A DNA stretch of 64,000 nt from Iphione sp. A-MEVVRFRX5 (Eukaryota), in contig OZ320316.1 of NCBI GenBank assembly GCA_976226885.1, forward strand, positions 79,670,001-79,734,000, read 5' to 3'. A program made the translations under genes and the position numbers. The first letter of the stretch is position 1, and each line of letters starts with the position of its first letter. Of this stretch, positions 24,201-36,200 are shown in pieces. The notes under the pieces were generated by a model. It made no database searches. It was not told where the DNA came from and saw only the letters and a list, made by a program, of their open reading frames with translations.

Positions 24201-27200
24201 CTGCTTGAAACCGGGAAATAGCAGTGCCTCGGACATTAGACGCTGATGCTGCACACGCTGCAGCTGCAGCACTAACTACCCCTAGCTATGAGCGACATAG
24301 AGGGGCCGAGTTCAGCGAGGGCAAGATTGGCTGACATATTGAGCAGTTCATTGATCTTGCATCTAATAGCTGGGGCATCTTAGATAAAGTGGTCAGGCGG
24401 CCGACTAAGAAGCAATCATTTGGCCACCACGCCTGCGCGACGCTGTTCGGTATAACTAATTCTTGTCCAACTCCTATCGGACGGAGAGTAAATATAACGG
24501 GAAAGACAGAATACTCTCCTCTTGTATAACATCTTAAGTGTTCGCCTCCGTCTCGTCGCAAAAGGGTGCACACACACATCTACTAATGGAGGGAGACGCA
24601 CGGATGGAGAGCAAGAATAGTGAAAAACTGCCATTGTTTTTAAATCGGCAGGACGTGCGAGACAAAATGACTTAGTCTCTACGTGACCCTTAGAAATTCT
24701 AACGCCTTCCATAGACTTCCTCCGAAACAGGCACCAATACGGCCTCTGTTAATTGGAAGCCATGTTGGCTTTGGCCGCAGGCCAAAAGTCGGGGGATGGC
24801 ACGAGCAAAGAGCCACGTGACTTGGGCGGGTCAGGGCCACCCCTGGGGGCCAGCCTCAGGTGCCGCCCTTTGTGTGCCTGGGCACAAGCGTCTCCGCCTG
24901 CTACCACAGAGCAAAGGGATCGTCATTGGTTTCTTTGATCCATGCAACATAGCTCCTAGTGGATCAGGACACCGATCAGAGTGTATGATGCTCGCAGGAT
25001 CCTAGGTAGCAAGTTTTAAACCACGCCGTTTAAGCTGGTTTACAACGATGTGTGTATTTCATGCGTATTTGTTGTAACGTAGAACTGACCCCCATGTTAT
25101 TACGTGCGCAACAGCATCAATACCTGACGTACCACATACATGTAGAAATTATATTGCAGTTCATGACTGCAACTCTGATGATACGCTGACAAAGTTGAAA
25201 GCAGGGAACAATCGCCTGTCTCTGTCTCCATGGGACTTCTTGTTTTACTGCTATAAATTAAATGCGTCAAAGAGTCTCGGTTGTTAGTTTGAAGAAAGCC
25301 AATTAGGCGCTGCTATTGGAAGAGATTGCTGGTGGTTGCCTTGGTAACAACAAGGTGCCAATACGTCCTTGATGGCGTGTCAGGTAAATGACAGGTGTGC
25401 GCAGCGCTGACATCTTTGAACCAAACAATAATACCAGCTTCAGGACAGGTGCTTTTTGAACGCAAAAGAAAGGGATTCATAATGACCTTCGCGTAGTTAC
25501 ATAGTCTACAAAAAATCTAAATACTAAAAAACTAAAGGCAACAATTTCTGAATTGCCATCGAAACCAACTGACTGATACAACCGCTTGCCCCGAGAATAG
25601 AAGGTAAACAATCTGTTTCGTAGCAAACTGTGCTGAACGTTATGCAAACAGCTGCTATAAAATACACTTAAAGTTTTCGTTCCCTGAGGGAAAATTATCA
25701 AGGACACGGGGGGTGTAGGTGTAGCTCTCATCGGGGGGCGATTCTAAAGGTAATAGTATGAACTACCTGGTACTGGGAAGTGCTGTACACCACCCCAAGG
25801 TGAAATAATTTCTTACTGGTGCATTCATTCGAATACATTATTCATGCAATTAAGCGTCCTATGAACTTATTGAGCACTATGTTATCAACCGCCCACCGTG
25901 AGCGAGGAAGGGCCGTTTTGGGGTAGTTGCTGAGCAATAGGATATTAGATGGCGGTCGGTAGTCGCCGCAGTAACCCCGAATCAACATACAAAGGTGCTG
26001 AAATGAACGATCTCTTTGGGGACTGTTCAAGTGGCCATTTCTGTCGGGAATGAATACCACCCCAGTGCTCCGCCTTTGATGATCAAAGCATCATCAGAAA
26101 ACATGACATCCCACGCGGGCACCATCACTTATGCACTGGAAAATTATGTCAGTGCTAATGTGCCAGCCACAATGCAATGTTCTATCAATTTCCGTATGGG
26201 AAATACAGGAGAGAAGATGGATGTAGTTGTGACGACGCGATTTGAATGGGGGGAAATTGTTCTTTTAAGCATGAGGTCTTTGTTCACGTAAATATGACAT
26301 GCATTTACTCTTTACGCCCATGGACTACAATGCCGCTACACTGTGTGCGAATAACGCCAACCTGTCCATCTCTGGAAGCTATTCATGTTAAAACACAAAA
26401 CACTTGTAAGTCGTTTAAAAAAAAGCTACGTAGGTTGGACCTAGAACCGTACAACTTTCTGTACTCATTTTCAAAAATGTACTCCCGAATCAGACCTTAC
26501 CGGGGCCTTTCTTTTGCGAATTACTTTTTGTGCTGGAATATCTAACTCCTATGTCCTTCTCTGGTCGTTTACAGCAGTTGATGCAGCAGCAGGCAGCTCT
26601 GATGGCCGCCGCTGCCCAGGGTGGCTACATCAACCCGATGGCGGCGCTGGCGGCGGCACATGTCCAGCAGATGAACGCCCTTGGAACGCCTAATGGCCTG
26701 GCCTCCACCACCATTACTCCAACCAGCACTGCCAACAGTATCTACGGTAAGCATAGGCCATCTAGCCACGGTCGTTTTGCTTGGGTCTTATTTTTTTGGT
26801 ATTATAAGCGTAACTTTACTGAACAATGTATTCAACGCAACTAGTATCTATAAATATCCGCACATCTCCGGTCACGCATTAATGATTTAAACCATATCGA
26901 CTTTTCTGCTAGTCATTCGCTCCACATACGAAAACTGCTATTGTATGTAAGACTTTGTACACGCTCGTCTATCCCTCTCTTTTCGACTTTATGGACAATA
27001 CGAACAGATTGTTCATAGAGATTTAGTGGTTTAGATGGATTTGGGGGTTTATGGCACTTTTGGGTCGTTTGATAGGGCATTTTAATATGCGCCAACTCGC
27101 CATACTGCTTGACTGCACCACTAACATTAGTTAGTTCAACGCTATAAATTAAATTCCCTTGTTAACATAATGGAATTGGTTTAATTGCACAAAGACATAT

Positions 27201-30200
27201 TCTAAGATCTCCTGAGCATCCCTTGCTATGGTGTTGCAAGTGGCCTTGCTTACCTGAATTCTTTCTAATGGGTGATTTTTTGCCATATTTTCTTTTACGT
27301 CAATAATGTGTCGAGAAGATGGAGACTTACATATGTATATATTATGTTTGTCTTTAGCTGGCATAGCCAGTCCTCAGAGTGTGCTACTATCTGAGAGGAT
27401 ACCCGTTATAAACACTAAAGGTACAGAAATGGTTCCTATCCTAGTGCCACACCCGTGTCAGTCACCCTTTTTGCATCCGTCTATTCCATTACTTCTTCAT
27501 AGCGATCAATTTTTGTAAATTATTTTCACTTGTATAACATTAGCGCTAAGTCATTTAGTCTCCATAGAATTTGAATTGTCCAGTCAACCATTTTTCAAGG
27601 GTCTAAAGCTTATATTCAGTAGTACGTGTTTTATGTATGTTCTGTGCAAGACCTTTTCCTGTGGATATTATCACCGTACATTTTGGAAGATGAAGCATAT
27701 AAGTACCACTCACAGTCTTTTGGACTCCCCTTATTCTGTATGGAGTGATGTGCGTGTGCAAGAGCTAAGCATTTTCGGGTTACTCTTCTCAAAGGCGGGC
27801 TAGGAAGGAGCATTTGAAAAAAGTAATGGACCTGATTTTGATTTCAATGCAAAATAAAATTACAAGTAATCAATAAGGAGAACATCCGCCGTTTATTTCA
27901 CTAATAAACAATTGGCCCTCGAAAGGATACAGATGGGCTAAAATTGTTTTGCCTTATAAAATTTATATTCTAGGTCGCGAAAACCGATTGTTACAGTGGG
28001 CTCTCCTTGGCTGCCTGTGAAAAGATTGACCATATATGTTTGTTAGTGTTTACCTTCGACTAACCGCGTGTACTCTGTGTCAGCAGCTACATCCGCTATC
28101 AATGGAGCTCCACCTACGATGTTGTCTCCCACGATGACGTCATTCCCGGTGCCTCAAGCGAATGGACAGGGGTCTGAAGTCTATCCGAACGGAGTGCCAC
28201 AATATCCAGGTACTTTCCTAAACATACTAGAATCCCACCTAATGTGCTTACGATGTGTAGTGTAAAATTTTAATTACAAACAGAACAATAGAACGCCACT
28301 CTTCCGCATCTTCTTAACATGTTAACAATATTGACACCAGCATCTGTTGTGCGGGTCATTTGAGATCATTACTTGTTTTTGTTCTTGTGGTTCATACAAG
28401 CCCCATGTAACCTACCATGCTGAGGTTGAAAATAAGTTCAACTAATTTAGAAGAAGCAGATGTGTCCTGTTTTTCAGCGCAAGCTGTCAACGGGGATCCC
28501 CTGCAGCAGGCCTACTCGGGAGTCCAGCAGTACGCCGGTATAGGTGCCCATCCTTTCTAAGCTTTGTTTTCATGGCCTTCTTTTCAAAACCATTTTATTT
28601 ATTTCCATGGCGACATTGTCTTGATGCTAACTCACGTTAGTATAAACTGTCTAGTGTACTTCAGTATTCATTCTTGCCATAAAACCGATTTACTTCCTTG
28701 CCTAGTCGTTTCGTTTTCGTTGTAAACGTTTGTAACGTTTCTTTGTTTATTATTGTTTTTTTAGTAGAGCGAATAGTATAGGATATAAACATTGCTACTC
28801 TATAACTATAATATGATAAAAATGTAAGTTGTTTGGCCACCATATATTGGTGAAGGCATGTTCAGACTAGAGCTTAATGTGTATAGAGTAAACACTCCGA
28901 ACAATTGCCACCATTTGAAATTTCATTAATTACTGTCGACGACCATTTAAAGATAGAAGTCTCACCCATACTTATCTCTACATTTTCCTGTTGAGTGTTA
29001 TATATATTTTACATAAATATATATACATCTGGTTATGAAAGCAATTTTATTATACAATATGTACGCATCGCTATATTGCCCTCAAGTTCCTAGTGTCAAA
29101 ACGGTTTACTAAATACTAAACGCTATAAGAAATACCTCGAACCATCAAACTGACATTACGTTTACCTTTCCCCTTCTGCTGGTGTTTCTACTGGAGTAGA
29201 CAAGGACTTTGCAATATTAGGTATTTCCCTCTTTGAATTGATTCCCTTTGATATTTCCTTGTTGTTTGATATGGGTGTCCCATATTAAATGGTTTTTCAT
29301 GGAATGGGAATTACCCAAATGTGTGCTCTGAATGTCCGTACGTGTCGCATCTTCCTTGTCGTAGTCAATATGGATTTTCTATATCAATATCCCCTTTCCA
29401 AGTTGATAGTTACATATTGGCTGATTCCGTATAGTAGTGCTTGTTTAGAACATGCCCACATGATTGGCTGATTCGTATGATGTTCATCTCCAAACCGGAC
29501 GACTCTCAGTTCTTCGTCATGTGATTGGCCTGCTGCTTGTATCATACTCTTGCTTCTTGTTAACCACCTCCCCTCCAATCTTCTCTACACACTGATATCG
29601 TCCGTTATTACAACGCAACTTTCGTTTCCGTTTCCCCTCGTGGTAACACTCCTTATGGATTATTATCTCTTCGTGAAATTAGGTCTACTTGCTTTATTCC
29701 TTTCCAACTATTTCATCAAAATCGTAACGCACTAGTTTCCTTCCGGGTATGGCTGCTTATTGCATTGCTTTCACTGGATCAACCTCCTACCTGTGCGTAC
29801 TGTCGCAAGTTTTCCTTCAACTTTGTTGTTGGGAGGTGCTCATAATTGAACCTGTCCGGGTTATTCTGATCCATTTTCTCCTGCACGGCGCGAGCTTAAT
29901 TTCTTCTAATGATTATGTGATTATAATTTTCCATTATTATTAAAGTGTTCACGACTAACTGGAGTAATGGGCGTTATTTTAGCAGGGGGCACCTCGAGAT
30001 AACGTGTAAGGGAGTGAGTGTGCCGTCCTTCTCCTTCAGAAATTGCTAACAGGGTCTACGCGAACACTGAACAAGCTAAATTGATCTGGTGGGAGTAGTA
30101 GATAAACCCCGACCGGCCTCATTGCCAGGCGCTGATCGTGTGTTCCCAAGTCAGCCGAGAGTGAGTCCAGGGACCCCAGCCGTCCATCAAGACTCCAATC

Positions 30201-33200
30201 TGAGCCTTAGATCACCAATCAGAGCACCCTTCAAGTGGGCGCTCAGACGCTTTAAGCAGCACCCAACTCTGATTAACCAGCTTCTCGCCCGTCTTCACAA
30301 CTGTAGCACTCTAGCCCCCCCCCGCCCTATATCCCGCCCAACCCTTCCCTTACGTCCCAGGAGATAGCACGACTATTAAATATTCTCCAAGGGAAAAACC
30401 TGAAGGGTGTTGTTATAGTCCTTAATGGACACTTACGTTCCTATGACTGATGATGTATCACAGGTTACATGGAGTTACATGTCTTTCTCAGGAGGAGGGT
30501 AAAGTTTCGTCTCAGGGTCTCTTTTTACATTGGATTGTTCTTGCCTTTGGAGAATCATCGGAACAAAAAGAGGGCAAAAATCAAACCTTAATTATTTTCA
30601 CGGTCAGGTCTTTCATCTCCTAATGTAGGAAGTATGGCTTCTTAACGGGCATTATTTAGCGAACAGGCAGACACAATGCCATACCGCCAGATGAGCTTAT
30701 TACGTCCTTAAGACAAAATCTCTATACCCCTTGTCTTACGCGGTGCTTTTTTCCAAGAACAGAAAACAGGCATAACACTCTTTTATTATTTTTTTTTCAT
30801 TAGGGCCTGTTCATGTCTTAACGAGTGCGTCACACGACAAGTGTAACTAGTTCTTCCATTCTTCCTATCATTTCTGCCTATGGTGCTAGACCTATCCTTT
30901 GATGTGGTGAATCTAACGTTCTGTGTTGTGAGGCATGCATGTGGGTAGGCAAGTCAAGGGGAAGAGGGCATGCCTACAAACAACCATTCATGTGAAACGA
31001 GAACAGCTGTTGAAGCAACGTCAGGATTCGCAGGAGGCCACCATTGTGGCTGTATATATATATAGCCATGTAATGGATACAGGTCATGAAAAAAGTTAAT
31101 AGGTTGGCTTTTGTATTATAAAAAATATCCAAGACACGAAAATCCTACAAAAGGTTAATCCGATAGGTATGTCATATTATTCCCATCTGTACTCATAGAT
31201 GAACGTGATAAAAGTCCTACACAGGCATACACACACGTACCGCTGTTTTCAGTGACACGAAAAATTGGGCCTTGCTGTCCATCATAATGAGAACACAGCG
31301 GTCTTGTCAACGCCAGACGACATTCCGGTCACGCTGTGTTCTTCAGGCATTACAAGGAGGGATGAGTCTGCCTTCTTGCAGACCCCCATCCCCACAAAAA
31401 GTCCGACCGCTTTGAACTCTGATCAATAACACTCAGGTGGGAATGTTCCCATGCTGGAAATGTCCTCCTTCTGCTCTGCCTCCTCATCCTCCTGCTCCTT
31501 CTAACTGATGCTTCACTCTCAGATACATTTACGTCCTCTTAGGCTCAGCTAGGGGTGTCTGCCTGTAAAGAGCCACTTGGTGTTCTGCCCAACCCGCATG
31601 TTCATCACTCACTTGTCCTCGTCAGATCTGTAAAAACAATATTCACATATATTCATCCTTTGTAACACTGGCAGTCTTCAGTGGTTATTCCCGTCCATCT
31701 GTTGTTACAAAATGATCAAGATTTGTGCATGACTATATCATCATCCTCGTTTTTATTGGAGTCGGTATTCACATGACAATGAGATATTTAATGCATCTAG
31801 GAGAGAATACATAAGGAAAGGCGATGCTGTCCTAGCTTAGAACGTTAAATTGTCCGTTTATTTTGTCGAATTGGCATGAAAAGTGGACTGTAACTCGTGG
31901 ATATTTGCTTTAAACCTTGGTATTGTGACGTTTTGGTGAGTTTCAATATTGTGATCCGTGCCCTTTTCAGCTACCTACCCGGCAGCATACGGACAGTTTC
32001 AACAAGCCTTGGCTCAACACGCTGCTATAATCCCACCTGCTCAGAAGGAAGGTGAGTCATAGCTTCTGACATTTCTGGGATCAACCCAATTCAGTTTTCG
32101 ACATCTTTTTATTCATGAACGCCTTCATGTCACACCTAAACTATACTCATGAATAAAACACATCTGAACTGGAATGCTCTCTGTCTCCCTTCTATGACTA
32201 TAACCCTTTCTGATGTAATATCCTGGCCCTTAAACACCCTTTAATGCACCGATCACATTTCGTATTATAACTAGCCCGAGGTGTTTAGCTCACTGGGCAG
32301 CGAAAGGCTGAAGCAAACCCTACACAAGTAGTACTTAAATCATTCATCTCCGTACCTAACCACGACTAGTTCGAATCATTTCATAAATAATAATGTTATA
32401 GATGTAAACGTAGGCATGAGTGTGAGAGAGGGAAAAAAAGCGAGAAGTAAGACTGAAAACTGTCAGCTTATCTTAAGTTCAGTCCTGCTGTGTAGAGCAG
32501 GGGACCGGCACAACGTCACTCCGGGGCCACCCGGATGGGCGTCTGTCCCTCCGGTGTGTGGCGTTGAGAGCCCTCCAGCATGTCCCTACAAGGGCGCCAC
32601 CCGCGCTGCCTCTAATGACCCGCCCGCGTTTCCCACAGCTTCCATTAGTGCCTCACCTACTGTCCGTGTCTCATGTCCATGGCAACCGTAGGCCGTTGTC
32701 ATGGCAACAGGCCCCTTGGGGGCGGCACGGGAATGGCTCGGCCTCGGTAAGCGTAGGAGCTGGTAATTATGAATAGTTGAGCGGTAATTGTCATTCTGTG
32801 TTTTCTCGGTCAGAAGATTACGGGCCTGTGGCTTGAAGGTGACGCCCATAGCAGTCCCTTCACCTAGCCATTAGGAGACTGGACAGAGTCCCACCTTGTT
32901 ATCCTAACGAGTCGTTCTCCTCCTTAGCTCCTGTTCTCCACGGGAGAACAATAGTCACCCTCCATTTCCATCCCTTTAGTCAAGCTTAAGCTCTCCTCCG
33001 GTACACAGGTTGCCCAGATTCAATCAGCCAGTGATTCAATGACTGTAAAATCAGTGACACCACTTTTAAGTACTTTCCTGAAGGGTTATTATATATATGA
33101 CATTTATTATGTAGCCTTTAAAATGAACTTTTTATGGCCTCACAGTAGTGTCTATTATTTGATCTTGCTGTACGAAGTGGCTGCTCTCTCACTCCTTGGA

Positions 33201-36200
33201 GACTAGCCGGTCCTTCGCCCCGATTTTTATACTACTCACACAGATTGCCATGGGTATGGGTCACTTAGTCATCGCCATCTGGCTCTGACGTGTTTTGGTA
33301 ATAGCACGAACACGCGTGATAAATTAGGAATTTTGAAAGCTAGTTTAAGTGGGTTATGGGTACGGAGATGAAGCCCCGCCCCTAATGAACCAAACCTTTT
33401 ATCTTAATGATCGATCTGTTGTCGTTATCAGCACACCCTGTCCTGGTTTCTTGAGAACAAACACGGCACACCTCCAATTCCTTCAAGGTCATTCCATTCT
33501 GAACTAACAATGTTTCCAAATATTCTCTAATCATCTGATTTAAAGCATGGATTTATGATGTGTCGTTGAGCAATATGCTGCTTCGTTAACATTATTGTCT
33601 TATGTACGATAACATTGATACATTGTATTGACAACTGTTAAATAAATAATACCCATACACTTGGTACATAAACATTTCCCTTAACGTGAACCTGTTGATA
33701 CAGCACCTCTATTTGTCTCAGCGTATGGTGTCTAATGCATTTTCATCATTTCTATCACGTGGACGTAGTATGGTGTCGTATATCCTTTTGATCCCTCTGC
33801 ATTGACTTGAGTGCTTGTTGTCGGTGTGATTGTTCAATGTTGTGATGCCTAGAATGCGCAGGACCTCCGGATTAGTCGAAAGGAAAGACCAAAATTCCTC
33901 TGGGACAGAGACCATGTTACTTAAAAGATATCTGAACAAGGTATCAACAATAAGAGGCAATATTCGAAGATCCTTTCCACACTCGAATGTGTGCAACATT
34001 TTCTGTTATGTTACTTCGATACGATGCAGATTAGACACAGAGTACTAAAAGCTTGTATACTTTTAGGTCTGGCATCCTCAAATCCCCAATGGCAACAAGG
34101 TAAACACTGATATTATTTTCCTGACGATCTGAAAGGTTAAAATAATTGTGGCACAGACCTAGCCTTATTTAATCGTTCCCTTTAAAGGGGATTTAGACCA
34201 CACGAGAAAATAACAGCAATCCATGGTAGCAAAGAGACCTTAAAACCTTTTATTGTAGACTTTTACATTTGTTTATTTTCATGCCGAATCAAACATCCCC
34301 AAACGATACCGCTTGTACGTGATATGATACAGTACTTCTAGACCATTTTCCATTGCTTGGTGTCAGTTTGCGACCGACGCTAGCAGCTCCTCCAGACCTT
34401 CCCCTGGAGCTCCTTCTGTAGGCAAGGGACCAAGACTGACCTCCATATTGATCCGTAGATTCCTGGTTCGGCCACCAGATGGCTGGATGTGTTTGTCTTT
34501 CGCAGTGCGGCTAGGCGGCGGGCCCCTGTTTGCTTGTCGGCCTGCTCGAGTGCAGCTTGGTAGCGTGCGCAAACCTGACTGTTTGTCCATCGTTCCTCCC
34601 TCAGTAATGGTCTCCGGCAAGGTAGAGAGGTGGGTGGGTGGTGGTGGGTGAGGATGGCAAGAGATGACTCAAAGCTTCATCTGGAAGGAAAAAAGGAACA
34701 AGAGAAGAGAAATAAGAAAGGGAAATTGATAAAATTAGGGAAAAGGATAGGAAGAAGGAAAGGGAACTGGACAACACTACCAGTGACGAGTGCCGCGTCC
34801 TGGCAGGGACAGCGCGTGTTCCCAGTACCGTTTGGGCACGTAGCTTGTCAAGTCTTGTAAACCAGAGGGCCCGATGACATGGGCAGTCCATGTATGTGTT
34901 GTGTGCCAACCACTGTCCGTCAGGGCCGACCTGTTTGAACGGACGCTCGGCAATAATAGCCAGCCACCGCCAGTTATGTTGACCGAATCGCACTACTCCA
35001 AACATTATGAATATCTACAATTTTGTCCAGTATGCCTCCTTCTATCAGGAAGTAGCAAGTCAAACGGCTTTGTCTCATTATTCATTGAGATGCTGTATCG
35101 TCCTGCATTAGTTTTCCTCATTCCCCCTCATGCGGATAATGTCAGCGACACATAATACGTGCACCAGTGATCTCGTCCTTGCTGTAATTAACAAATCGCA
35201 AATCCTAAAAATGTATCGGGTGTCGATGGAATAAAAACCCAACCTGACATGTCCGTTTTGGCTGCCTGTAAATGAATTTACCAGGTTTTAGTTCATGATT
35301 AAGTACACACACGCTTTCACGTTCATCATCCAGTATACCTGTAGTGGGTCATATTTTCCCCTTGAATATATTTATACTAGATGTTCTATTCCGAACAAAA
35401 TCTGCATGCTGCGTCTTCATAATCAATGGGCGTCTGCTACATGTTTGTCCTTATATACTTATAAATATATAAGTGTGCTCCACCGCCGTGTTCCTCTTAT
35501 ATCCCTGACTTCAATCCAGTATCGAAGACACAACGCAGCCATTCATGCCGTGGGCCTGGGAAAGGCACTGTTTCTCAGCGCATGCAGAGTAACTCGAAAT
35601 ATGGCGTGCAGAAAGCAAATGATTCGATGGACTGGAATTTGGGATATGTACTTTGGTAAACCAAAGAGAAGCCAGATTAAAAGGGAAAAGAGTCTGCAAA
35701 CTGAAGTCGGTCTGAAACGCAAACTTTTCAGTCTGTATCTGAGCAGGCAAATGGTTGTGAATTTGCTGTTGACATTCTTACAGCGCCCATTTTCATCCTC
35801 GCCATGTTGCTGTCGGCTTGATATAAATACTCATTAACAAATCAGTACGACATCCTATTCTTTATTGAATTGCAAGTGAGTGCAAGGGGTGCAAGAGGAA
35901 CAAAAACAACTGAAGGATGTGTGTGTCTTTCTATTTTCCTCAGGTCCAGAGGGCTGCAATCTGTTCATCTACCATCTACCACAGGAATTTGGGGATGCTG
36001 AACTTGCTCAGATGTTCATGCCGTTTGGTAATGTCATCAGTGCCAAAGTCTACGTAGATCGTGCCACCAACCAGAGCAAATGCTTCGGTAAGACATCTGG
36101 ATCGCAGCCCCCTTTCTGCCATTGCGCCTAACCACAATCATCAACCTTGCCGCCCTTTGTTTCGGTTTACAGACCCCGTGGTGTGCTAATATTTACAGGC

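Noticed and set aside
30492-30498. 7-nt microexon (tctcag|GAGGAGG|gtaaag)
   Set aside because: Frame-shifting, very short, and no supporting branch point or context.
11770-34639. 13-bp match ccacccacccact / ggtgggtgggtgg
   Set aside because: Low-complexity repeat match that crosses the better-supported nested helices; likely chance.
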